Below are positions 36,238 to 48,624 of a stretch of DNA of 64,000 nt, piece by piece. Origin of the DNA: Azolla caroliniana (taxonomy: Eukaryota; Plantae; Polypodiophyta); contig JBHGNT010000001.1 of assembly GCA_043228905.1 (NCBI GenBank), positions 3,968,001-4,032,000 of the forward strand. The letters are read 5' to 3'. Both the position numbers and the translations under genes were made by a program. Positions within the stretch are counted from its first letter, which is position 1; every line of letters starts with the position of its first letter. The notes under the pieces were generated by a model. The model ran no database searches and was not told the DNA's origin. It saw only the letters and a program-made list of their open reading frames with translations.

Positions 36238-39133
36238 TTACAGCCCTTTGAGCTGTTCAGCAAACCCAGTCAAATAGGACCATTTTTCCAATGCACCCGC
36301 AGATTTGGCAAAAGCTGCCTTCGAAAGCACTGAGTCTTGTTGCTTCACTATTTAACCACAACAAAAAAACAAAACGCAAAAACTAAGTCTCACATTTAAG
36401 CCTCCTTAGACCCACATTTCTATTTCTAAACTCTAGTAAAATATTGCATCACCCCTCACTTTCTTTTTTTAGTAAACCGCATCAGTATATTCACCCCCTG
36501 TCAAGGTACTAACTTTTTCTAAAAACAAATTCTATTTTCATGAGCTTTATGGAATTTAAGTGGTTTCTAACCCATCAGAATTCTCTCTTTTCGAGGTCGA
36601 AGGTGAATTTTTTCCTATTCTAATCCATTTAAAACTCGTTAAGCACGTCTTTTAACATCCATTAAGCCTAAGTAAGAATCTAAAGAGAAAAAACCAGGTC
36701 TGCCCAGGACTTTTCTTACCAGCGGCCTTTAATGAGGCCAAGGCTGAAGAAAATGTCTCAGCTTCACTTTGCTCCTCTGAACTCGAGCTCACCTACATCA
36801 GAATCTACTTCTTACTTCATCATGAAACTCTCTCAGTCATACTTAATCACGTATTTTGTGTAACAAATAATTAACGCATTTTTTTAACATGATAGTAGGG
36901 CAAAACACCTCTCAGTTGTTGGGTAGTTTTACCAGAACATCACTTGATTCAAAATTTACTACAAAACACTTCTGTGGCAAGTCAACTGGTACTGCAGAGG
37001 GGTATTCTGGTGCTGGTACCCGACAAGTTTGGCTTAGTTTGAAGTTTTTGAATATACACCATAGTACAGTCACACAAAATGCAAACATATGCACATGAAT
37101 CAGAGCAACATAGTCTCCCAAACTCATACCTTTGATAGAGCTTTCTCTGCATTTGCAATCCAATCCTTACTGAGAGTTTCATCAAGTACTTGGCTAGCAT
37201 TAGTGAAATCATCTCCATCCAAAGCCTGGCCTGCCTTGCTCAACTGATAAATAGCAATCTGTAATGATGCTGAAAGTACCCAAAAAGACCATTAAGGATA
37301 TTATAAAGATTTATCTCCCAAAATTACTAGGTATACATTTTATCACTGTGTTATATTAGGTCACAGAAACTAGGATCAATAATTTTGCACTGGGCTAATG
37401 ACATCTTGAAGTCATGACCTAGCCCATTGAGTGCTCTACCTCAAGCCATGAATATTACATCACTTCGATAGATTTCGTGGAAAACGAGCTGTTGCAGATC
37501 TTGGTTGGCCTTTCCAAGCAGCTCTATCTTTCAATCAAGGTTACGTCTCCAATATATGTCAACTAACAGACACAAGTGCAATATTTTTATTTTGGTGCAC
37601 CTCTTGGTTGGGGAAAACAACAGTTGGTCTCTTCTCTGTAAGCCAAACCTCCTACGTCAAGGCGAGATCACATTGGAGTTCAGCATAGCAAAGCAGCATT
37701 TTTCTTTTCGCTTTAACGCAGCAATCTTAATTAAGTCACTGGAATTTTACACTTGTCCCTTTCATCCTTCAACATTTCAATTCATTATTTTTGTGCATCT
37801 TTGAACGGAAGAGGAAAATATAAGCATTCAAAGAAAGAGGTACAGTTCCATGTGTAACAGTCTCAAACTTGGGAACTTCTGTTGCATGGATTTCTCAGGA
37901 ATGCAAAAATCTTATGCACGTGAATTCAACGCAGTTCCCATCTAATACTCGATAAAGCAATCTTGGTTCCCATTTCCCTAAAAGAACCCAGTAAGGTGGT
38001 CCCTGCCAGGGATCCACCTGCGATCATGTCTTTCTAGGGTTGATCTTGATTTACAATTCTATATCAGTAATTATATTTCTGATAGATCATATGCATGGAC
38101 CATTCATAGATATGGGCATGGATACGTGGGAATGGCAAGCAACGCGAAGTGAGCCATATGTATGATCATGGACATGAGTTGATAGACCATATGCATTGGC
38201 CATCCATATATATGGGCATGGAATGTGGGGATGGCCCATTCATATATATGTCTCGATGATTAACTATCATTTGATATAAAAAGCCATGGATAAATAATGA
38301 TTAAAGAGCACTTGACCAAAATTTCTCAGTACAATTACTTGTAAACCCAATACATGTACATTATGGGTTTAGAACCTGATTCTTCCATGCATCGATAAAA
38401 TGATGATTCAGAGAGCATTTTCGCCCAATCTTCTCGCTACAATAAAAATCATTACATGCAAGGACAATATATATGCAATATACAGAAAAAAAAATTAACA
38501 ATAATTTAAAGAACATTTTGGGTTAACATTGCCAAACATAGTATGAAGAGTATTACCAACAATAAGCATGTATGTATGTATGTATGTATGTATGTATGTA
38601 TGTATAAATAAGCATATATATACAAACATATATAAATGCATATGTATGCAAATACATATGTGTATGGCGCATATATGTTTTTATGCAAATATACATACAT
38701 ATACGTATGCATATCTATGTGCATTATGACAAAATGAAGTTCTTCTTCTTTTGGTACCTGTTTCTTCCTTGAATGAATTCACTTCACCACGGCGTTTGAT
38801 CTTCTTTTTCCGGTCTTCTTTCACTTTCTCAAGAAGCAGTTCATCGTCATCGGCTTCAAGAAGAGCCATGGCAGCAGGGCTGAGTCGATCCGGAGCAAAT
38901 AGAAGCAATGCTGAAGCAGAGATGGTAGCCGAAGAAGTAAGAAAATCTCTCCTCTTCATATGATCACCAATCGACTTCCTGGACACTTCTACAGAAGCTG
39001 AAGATGAAGAGGGCCCCTCGGCTTGGTGACTTTTGATCTCTGATGGTGAAGCTTGGCAGAGCACAAGGTGATGTTTCTGTGGATAGGAACATGGGACATG
39101 GAAGGAAAGAGGAGAAGGGGAGAAGGAAGCCAT
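36238..39133 (-). CDS. MPH2: Thylakoid lumenal 16.5 kDa protein (At4g02530-like), 232 aa precursor
   Basis: Exons 39133-38758, 37269-37130, 36792-36720, 36347-36238 in frame. Ser-rich transit peptide, twin-Arg KRRDFL and AMA cleavage site. Mature LLEADDDELLLEKVKEDRKKKI..LSKAGQAL..SAGALEKWSYLTGFAEQLKGL. Confidence 0.9.
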
Positions 39134-39259
39134 TGAAGAAGCAGAAGAGGAGGAAGAAGAAGAAGGGATAAGGGGGAGCTGCAGATGATGTTTTCTTTTT
39201 ACTGGCAAAGGAGAATTAGGGTGGGTTCATATGGAAGAAGATACCAATCGCACGACACA

Positions 39260-39311
39260 AGAAGTTTTCCGGACATTTTCGGTGTGTCGAGAAGTTTCCG
39301 GACATTTTCCG
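39260..39311. promoter_or_regulatory. Duplicated HSE-like motif upstream of MPH2
   Basis: AGAAGTT(T)TCCGGACATTTTC twice; copy 2 reads GAAnnTTCnnGAcnnTTt. Confidence 0.35.
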
Positions 39312-40525
39312 GGCTTCATCTTTTCTGTCAACTGTCTACGGTGGAAACTTTCCCACAGAAGTAACATTCTAGCCATGGTGTGGTTTCAAACCTAGCATTA
39401 TGTGCTTATGTAGCTTAACTCAAGTGTACCTTGTCCTCGGTGTGTGTGTGTGTGTGTGTGTGTGGGGTGACTGGCCACTTGGCATTCAACATTAGCTGGG
39501 GGATCACACCTTCAAGGTCCGTTGGCCTATAGGCGAATTGGATGAAAGAAAGAGACACCAAGAAGGGAAAAAGAGAATAACAACAATGTAACTTATTGAC
39601 TTATGGCCAAATCGGTGGTTGGTTTTCCATACAATGGGAATCCTTTTATATTCCTCTGGGCTTGATCACACATTGCCTATGAAACAATCTTGGATATCTT
39701 ACTCTAAATACATATCATTTTTGACAACACCATTGTAGTTGTGAGCGAAGTCCAATTACACATCGGTTATTTGTTGTTTTCTCCAAGACACTTAATAGGT
39801 TGCCCGTTTCCACAAGATCCACACAAAAGGAAAGCATGATAAATCCATCCATGCTCCTCTAGCTTCTAGCATAGGACTTCATATCCCAAATGGTATCCAC
39901 TCGGAGATACGCCCCTTGTGTACTTGAGCATGAGGTCTTCTATACAAATTGTTAGGCAATACATGTGTTGCTCGCTCCTCATGAGTCAATATATTTGTGC
40001 AAAGAATACATATTCTATCTATTTACCTAAAAAAAATCTAAGTATCATAATTATTAAATAAAAACTCAAATGTACACCTAACACTTACAAGTCACAACTA
40101 TTACAACTTCCTTGTTGGCAAATATTTTCCCTTTTCTTTTTTCATCTCTTTTGTATCTCTAAAGAAGCAACACAACCCTGTCATATCTCTATCATGTAGT
40201 TACAAGTTATAAGCTCGAAGAAGTTGGAGCTAAAGATTGAATTTGAAGATATATAATGAAGATTTGGTAACATTTTTGTCCTCCTCAGTTAAAGATTTAT
40301 TTGCATTTTTTACCTTTTTTGTTGATATTGGAGCCTTATAGTTGGTGCATTTCATAAGTTGTTTTTTACGGTATTTAAATGACAACAATCATTGTGGACT
40401 TCTTGCCTTTCTTGATGCCTAAGAAATGTTCCAATATTTTGTTTGAAACTTCAAAGTTATTGTAATTGCAACAAGGCTAAGACTTCATGTTAGAACATAA
40501 AATAAAGTATTCAAGTCCAAGAACT

Positions 40526-42269
40526 ATGGCGAGAGCGCGAGCAGCAGCAGAGCGTGGAGTGGGAGCAGCAGAACAGGGCGAGCAGGAGCAGGCGCAGGTG
40601 CACGATGAAGAACGCGCGCATTGTCCACTAGAGCAGGAGCAAGAGCACAACGCCAGCTGTTGTCCAGGTACTCCCACACCCACAATCCTCCCTCCCTCCG
40701 CCAACCAGAAAACGCACATTAATTAATTAATTAAAAAACACACAAAACAAAGGGGGAAGGGAAGACCAACATAGATAGCCTCGCAAGACACATAACTCGC
40801 TATGGAGGGAGGAATCGAGCTTCCACCAACGACCATTTTGCTCGATGAAGAAGGTGGATCAGATCTCGACATTACGTTGTCCCCTGAGGCCAATCGTTTC
40901 TTATCGGAGGAAATCGAACGTCTACGGCGTACCTCCTTCATATGTAGGTTTCTGGCAGGTAGACCAAGTCGGGGAATGGTTCGGGACATGTTCCAGGTGG
41001 TTGTGATGGAGAACATGCCGGTGATCAAGAGTGTCAGGGGTTTAGGGAAAAACTCCTTCCACATCGAATTAGGTAATGGCTCGCTGGCGCAACCACTGGT
41101 CAAGCTCAAGGTACTCGAACTGAAGTACGGCAAGGTGTTGCTCCAGCCATGGTCACCAGGGTTCAATCCGATTGAAGAGTTACGGAAACTCAACAACCCT
41201 AGGGTGATCATCGCAACATTTCCCGGCCTCCCTCCTCATTTGTGCCATCTGCTCCCTCTTTTTGGCGAACAAATAGGGATGATATGTCCTCAAAGTGTCA
41301 ATGGCAGACATAGTTGCGGAGGTGCCCAAGTTGCGCATCTTGGTGCCTTCCCTCCATGGACTTCCATCAAGGATTAGACTCTACTCTGAGGAGCTAGGTC
41401 TCACAGTGGTGAAAGTGGTTTACGAGGGACTCCCGTGGCAATGTTTCATTTGCAAACAGACATGACACCTAGCTAAGGCGTGTCCTCGCAAGACTGGAAA
41501 GGGAAGCTCGGGACCTCGACCCTCGGGCAAAGTTGGGCCAACCAAGGGTGACGAGGCTCCTTGGATACCCGTTAAGAAGAAGGGGAAACTTGGAGGCCTA
41601 GGTGCATCCTCTTCCACCCTTTTTCATGACCACCCCTTTGAAAGTAGTCCCGCTACCTTGTCACCAGCAAGCGCGGATGAGCAACCCTAGAAACGGGTAA
41701 AGATCCTCTCCGGTAGTGCTGATGCACCCGACCTACAGGTGAGAGCTACCAACAGATTTACACCTCTTCAAGGGTTAGGGGATGGCGACCCAGAAGCGTT
41801 GGCAGCAATGCTGTCCCCATGCGACTCCTCATGCCTTCCCCCACGAGAGCCTGAACTTGTGTTCTCTACCCCGATGGAGATGCAACCCCACCTCGTACCG
41901 TCCACCCCGGAAGAGAAGTTGGCAAAGGCCCCCCTCCCGCTGGAACGTGAATGTGGTAGTGGCCTCAGATTAGTGAAATCGTGGATCCGGACGGGCAAGC
42001 TCAAGGACAAGGGAAAGGGTAAGATAGGCCGACCAACACCTAGTTTGGCGACGACTCTCTTAGATAGAGGGATGCAAGAGGTGCCACTGCTTCGGAGCAC
42101 AAATGTATCGCGGGATCTATTTGAAGCAGGTCGGGAACGACTGGCTGAGAATCCTGCAGGGGATTTGCAGCCTGCTGTGGAGACCATACCCCCCGAAATA
42201 GGTGTTAGGTTGCCCCATAACATGGGGATCGGCCCGAACATGGGCGTCAGCGTCACCGCTTTCGGATGA
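40526..42269 (+). pseudogene. LINE ORF1 (RRM/DUF4283-like region plus zinc knuckle), disrupted
   Basis: ATG 40526 is in frame with ORF 40802 (..LLQPWSPGFNP..FPGLPPHL). Frameshift near 41300, then YEGLPWQCFICKQT*HLAKAC in frame with 41739-42269. Confidence 0.8.
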
Positions 42270-45200
42270 GGATCCTAACGTGGAATGTACAGGGCCTTGG
42301 TGGAGGCCAACAACACCAAGAGTGCAGAAGACTTCAGGAGGAGTTGAATCCCCTTAATATAGGGGGCCATATTGACATATTGCTTTTGCAGGAACACCAC
42401 CTCTCGCAAGAGCGAACTCAGAGCTTAGTAAACCCCTTGTTGGGTGGGTGGACCACATGGTGGTCAGCTGCACATGGTGACCTCCACCGAAGAGGAGGGG
42501 TCTGCATCTCGATCAGCGATAAGGCCCGATACGAAGTAACATCATCTGGCACGCTGGTGGAGGGTTGGGCCTTATACGTGCTTCTGAAATGGAATCACCT
42601 ACAGGTTGGGGTGCTAAACATTTATGCCCCTAACTCAACCCCCGAGAGAGCAATCTTTTGGAGGATGTTAGCGACAACATTACTTGATGCCGAGGCTTGG
42701 GTAATGGCAGGTGATTTCAACATGACTAAACACCTGGGAGATAGGAAAGGAGGGACCCAGAGGCCTATTTATGGTGCGGAGCTGGATTCATGGGCTTTCC
42801 TAATTGGCAAAATCGGGGTGAAGGATACATGGGGCTCTTCCCTTAGGAGAAGCTCACATTCGCTGCACTTTTCCAGAGCCGTCGGGAATGCTAGGGGCGG
42901 TAGCCTTGCACGACTAGATCGCATATACATCAGCTCATCCCTCGAAGAGCTTGGGGGCGCCTTTGCTATCTTGGCAGGTCTTACCTTTTCAGATCATCAA
43001 CCGGTGAGACTAGACCTTAACCCACCCCACGATAGCAAGGGCAGTCTCAATGTGAAGATCCCCACAAAGATCATGAAGAGTGAAGAGGTGAAGGCCGATT
43101 TACAAAGTATATGGCAGGACACCATGGGCAGTGAATCAGCCAGCGAAGATTTGCAAAAAAAATTGGCCCTCTCCTCCTCCTTCTTACAACAGGAGACCAA
43201 GCGCGCCCTCCAGCAGGTTAGAGCCATTGAAACAAAATTAAGGAAGGTCGTTGCGGTAGCGCAACGGCTACTACAGGTAGACCCTGGTTGCACTTGGTCT
43301 AGAGCTAAGCTGGAGGAAGCAAAGATGAAGGTACAGGAAAGGACTTTGGAGAAGAACCGAATGTTGTCTCGAAGAAATGCAGCATGGTGGGCTAGAAAAG
43401 ATGACAAGGTCAACCGACATTTCTTTCACTACAAGGCACCCAAGGGTGGTGGTGGACGTAGACAAGGGTTGCGAAAACCAGACGGCTCGATAACGGAGTA
43501 CAAGACTGAGATTCTGGAAATGGCAACACAATACTATCGTGACCTCCTCGCACCTATGCAGGTGAGGCAACACACGGAGCTAGCTGATCGAGTGATGTCT
43601 TGCATTCACCCCAAGGTAACCTAGGCAATGGAAGTTGTGCTCGATAGCCCCATCTCTCGTTTAGAACTCTCGGAGGCGCTTAGGGGATTGCGAAGGGGTG
43701 CATGCCCTGGCTCCGATGGTCTCTCACGAGATTTCTTCGAGATTCATTGGGAATGTGTCATCCCGTCTTTGGAAGCCGGAGTTCAAGAGATTTGGTCCTC
43801 AGGAAAGATGCCAATTGGTTTGGCTGAGGGGATGATATATCTCATCCCCAAAGCGTCAGAGTGAAGCCTAGAGTTGCGCCAGTGGTGTCCAATCACGATC
43901 CTTAACACAGCATACAAGATACTCACTAAAGTCCTAGCTCGACGGTTAGCAAGCTTCTTACCGGACATCATACATGACAATCAAACTGGATTTGTCAAGA
44001 ACAGGTGTATCTTTGATAATGTGGTGCTTCTTTGGGAAGCTATGGCATTGGCCGGCCGCTCCGTATCGAGCTCGGCTATTCTGATGTTAGATTTTGAGAA
44101 GGCCTACGACCGGGTGTTATGGCCCATTTTGGAAAATGTGATGCGAGCTTTGGGCCCACCTCAAAAATGGAGGAATTGCACTTTTGCACTCTATTGGACA
44201 GCTACGAGTAGCATGCTGTTGGCTGGTTCTAGGGGACTTGCCTTCCAACTACAATGCTCAGTGAGGCAAGGTTGTCCCCTAGCCCCATATCTCTATCTCT
44301 TTGTAACCGAGGCTTTCTCCGCCTACTTACAAGCACTAACCAGCGGCCTGCAGGGATTGCCCATCCCCAATGCGACTGAAGATTTGTTGTTATCTGAATA
44401 TAACGACGATACGGTTCTTTTCTTGCAAGGTGATGAGGAGAATCTGCAACGGGCTGAACATCTTGTCGAGGACTTTTGTCAGGCGGCTGGTGCCAAGATC
44501 AATTGGAATAAACCCAAGGCCTATGGTTCAGCGAACAAGAGAAACCAAGATGGCAACCCCATGCTGATTTTATGTGGGTCCCTGATGGGACAACGTTCAA
44601 GTACCTTGGATTTACGATGCGGAGGTCAATCCCCAAGGGAGCGCAATTGGCCCACGTACAAGCCAAAATAAACAGGAAGTTGAACCAATGGAGTAGATCT
44701 AAACTATCCTTCGCTGGTAGGGTCCTTGTTGTGAACCAAGTGCTGCTTGCTACGATGTGGCGCTCAGTCTCCTGCTGGATTATGGACCCTGCAGGTCTGC
44801 ACGTGATTAAGGCTGCCATCAGGGGGTTTATATGGTCAGGTAAGGACAACCCAAGGGTTGCTGCCAGAGTGTCATGGTGTTGGTTAACGCAACCGCGGGC
44901 CAAAGGGAGGCTTGGCCTCATAGACCCCTTAATGCAAAGTCGTTCATTGCTGGCTAAAATGGTGGTTCGCTGCCTCCTGCCAGGTAAGGGGTGCTGGAAG
45001 GTACTACTTCGCAACAGGTTGCAAGCAGGGACTCCCAAGTATGGTAGGCCTTGGCCCGACTCCTTGAATTGGTGCTGCACGAGCGGAGTCCCACCCAAGC
45101 TAGCTTGCCATCCGGAAGACAGGGTCGCGAACTCCATCTTGCGGGCATGGTGCCATTTACGACAGCATTTGGTCAAACACACCCCGGAGACATTGACCAA

Positions 45201-46579
45201 ATGGACTAGATAGCAACTATTTTGGAATCCTCACGTGCGAACAAGTGACGACACGATGCTAGGGCAACTTAAGGGCCTAGCATGGGGAAAACTGGCACAA
45301 ACAGGCCTCCTATCTATAGACGATTGGAGACACATGGCTGTTTCAGGAAGAGCCCAAGAGGACCTTTTCCCTCCCCTCAAGGGAGCTACGAAAATGCGGA
45401 GACTGATAGCTGAGGCAGTTGACAGGGTTCCGATGGGGGAGGCGAGAGAACCTGCATGGTTCGGTCTCTTTGACGAGGTTGGAATGGTCAAGTCGCTAAA
45501 GGGTGTGAGCGGATCGGGGAGAGATACAGTTTTTGGGGACAGTCAGAGCAGGGGCTCTTGGCACCCAATCCGAGTGGTGGCACAGGTTGACAACATCTGG
45601 AAGACAGACCTGGATGTTGCTAAGGTGGAACCCCATTGGAGGTTAAGGGTATATGGTTGTCGCCCCCTTGTCGAGCTGGATTGGGACCCAGGGGATTTCA
45701 GATGGAAACATGATGATAGACTCCAACACTTCTTCGATTACACCACTAAATTGGGTCGGACTTTGCAGCTGCAGCTAGGCAGCCCCCTTCGCAATGGCTG
45801 GCGAACATTGGGCATCCCCGATGAGGCGCTCATTACCTTTTGGAAAGGTCTCTGGCGTCTCCACATGCCTGAAAAGATCAAGCTCTTTTGGTGGCAGATC
45901 GGTCATAATGTGGTGCCCGTTGGCAAATGGCTAGATAAACGCGGCGGCCTGTTTAGGCTGCCCACTGTGCTCTTGACCTATTGAGACTCTGAGACATTGT
46001 CTGTGGGATTGCCCTCAAGCTCAAAAGATCTCGGATAGAGTGACCTGCCTCCTTGTAGCATGTGAAGTTGAAGGAACAGCCTCGTGGAGCGCTGCGGCAT
46101 GGACTGGTCACTTGGTCGAAGGGTGGACAGACACCGTCAATGCGGATAGTTGGTGCTATGTATGCACGAGAGGCAAAATTGTCAAGATCCGTTTCGAAAG
46201 AGGCTTGCAGCCCGCATCCCCTAGGTTTCCAGAAATCTAGATGCTAATCGCAAGTTTCACCTTATGGTACATATGGAAAGCGCGTTACCTCAAGGTTTTC
46301 CAAGGTACGGTACGGCCCCCGAAGGAAGTGATCATGGACATATGGTTCACGATTATCAGCTGCCTACGAGGGCAACTGGAAGAGATTTGCAGCCACTCCA
46401 ACGACGTGATCTCTGCTCGGTTGCGCTTTTGGCAGAAATGGAGGAACACACCTATGGTGATGCAAGGCGGGAGTTGCCCGAGGTGGAATTACCAGCCCCC
46501 ACGCTGGTTGTTTCCTACTCACCTGCCACCCTCTCTTCGTTGTAGGCCCCAAGACCCGACTCGTACTAGGCAACATTGA
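42266..46579 (+). pseudogene. LINE ORF2 (APE endonuclease - reverse transcriptase - zinc finger), disrupted
   Basis: ILTWNVQG, LLQEHH, NIYAPN, GDFN, RLDRIY, SDH; DFEKAYDRV, VRQGCPLAP, YNDD; ETLRHCLWDC; LWYIWKAR. Split by stops and frameshifts. Confidence 0.93.
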
Positions 46580-46813
46580 AGGGCATCGCCTTAGATATAG
46601 GTAGCTTCTTACATTAAGTTAGGCCGCAAGGCATTGTAAGTAGGCTCATCTTCTTTTACTTGATCGAAGGAAGACTCCCCGATGTGTGTATACGTCTCCT
46701 TGTAGACTCTCTATGTAATAATCCTTCCTAACTAATGGGAAAGTAGCTTCATTTTGGGAAAAGAAAAAGAAAAAGAAAAAAGTATTCAATGCATTATACT
46801 CAAAGAAGGTAAT

Positions 46814-47237
46814 TGTCAAGAATAGTACTAAAGCAGAGATGGAATTAGTACTAAGAAGAGTAGTACTATTAGTACTAAGAGGATGGGACTGCGTAAGATT
46901 CCCGAGAGAGAGGAAGTGAGAAGAGGAGAGAGAGAGATAGGATGATGACAACAGCTCTTATATTATATGAAAGATAAGTACAAATCGGCTAAGAGGCTTA
47001 AGACTGGTGTTGAACCAATTTGGTTCAAAACAATGCCTTGTGCCTCCTTTTATAGTGTTTTTAGGAATAATCCTGAAGCTTCTAGAATGTTCCAGAGAGA
47101 TCTGGAATATACATCAATTTTCTATGATAAAGCATAAATGAAAATAATATCCTACAAATTACAATTCATAATCTAATGGTAAGAGCTCGACCCATGTAGC
47201 ATAAGGTCATGGGTTCGAGTCTTGCCATATCATGACA
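46814..47237 (-). repeat. 3' LTR
   Basis: TGTCA..TGACA termini; 6 substitutions, all transitions, versus the 5' LTR by manual comparison. Confidence 0.96.
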
Positions 47238-47249
47238 CTATCTCTCCCT

Positions 47250-48547
47250 TAAAGACGACGAGTGGAACGAATCGGCGCTAATTGCGGACCAGGTTTGTCC
47301 GGATACTTTCGGTGGAAATCAGCAAGAACATCCTGTGCATTGGCAACATGCTCGACGGGTTCCCAAGTACGTTCGCTCGGACTATAACCGAGCTAATCGA
47401 CCAAGTAATAAAGTTTGTTGCGAACAAGTTTGGAATCGAGGATGGCAGCAACTTCATACTCCGGGCCGGCGTCCAACTCCAGCGGGGGCGGCGGTGGTGT
47501 CACACGATCGGGAATGGTGTTTGCTTTATAAGGTTCAAGAAGAGAGCAATGGAAAACCGGATGTATCTGAAGCTGCGGAGGGAGATCAAGGTGGAAGGTG
47601 ACATCATTAATCTTACCCGTAATACGGAAGGGACCGAGTCGTCGATAATCCAACTTGTCGCACGGTCGAGTAGTCTTGATGTGACGACGTAAGAGCCATA
47701 CTCGATCTCCGATGGCAAAAGAGGAGGGAATCCGATGACGATCCGCATAAGTCTTCTGTGTGTGTTGAGCATGACGAAGGTGAGTAGAGAGATCCATCTG
47801 GATCTTGCGTAGCCTCTCCAAATGATCCTCGGCACGAGGGTTGGTAGGTAGCTCCGGAGTGTCGATCACCAACCAGCGAGGATGGAAACCGGTATAAGCG
47901 AAAAATGGGGAGACCCGAGTCGAGGAGTGAATAGCATTATTATACGTTGTCGTGAAGAATTTCGGCTAGAGGCAGAAATCGGGAACATTGGCTACATCGG
48001 CGAGGGTGCAGCGTGTGAACGCACCCATGTACATTTAGTGTGAACATCAAGGGCGCCTTTATGGCGCCGAAGAATAGTCAAGTCGGGGCAGACGATCCCA
48101 TGTAAGGCGAGATTTGTCCCACATTGTAACGCATCCCTTTCCTTGTTCAATAAAAGGAAGGGAACGCCCTTTGTGAAAGGGTTGCCCATTTTGCATTAGA
48201 GGGTATACCGTTAGGTTTAGAGTTAGGTTCTTCTTCTTCTCCTTCTGCGTGTTTCGCTTAGGGTTTGCTTGGTTCGGCCTCCTGCGCAAGACCCCGCTCG
48301 GCGCGACGAGCCCGTGAGCTCCCCGACCGGCCGCTTGGCAGCTGATGACTACTGTAACCTACCTCGGTCCGGCTCGACGCCGGGAATATATTCTTCCCTT
48401 CATATATATATATATATATATATATACGTTTTCTGTGTATATTCGCGTCGTTGTTGGCGTCGGGTGCTTACCCTTTCCTGCGTTCTCTGTACATAAGGCG
48501 TGAGTCGGGTTGTGCGTGTGTGCGTGTGCGTGAGTCGGTGTTAAGCA

Positions 48548-48624
<77 letters not shown>

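Larger units (their letters stand above)
40515..46778 (+). mobile_element. Full-length L1-clade LINE, mutated
   Basis: 11-bp TSD AAAGTATTCAA (40504-40514, 46779-46789); A-rich tail. ORF1 with CX2CX4HX4C knuckle; ORF2 with APE, RT and zinc finger. Confidence 0.95.

Noticed and set aside
41768-45491. Long antisense ORFs over the L1
   Set aside because: Shadow frames of GC-rich coding sequence with no domain evidence.
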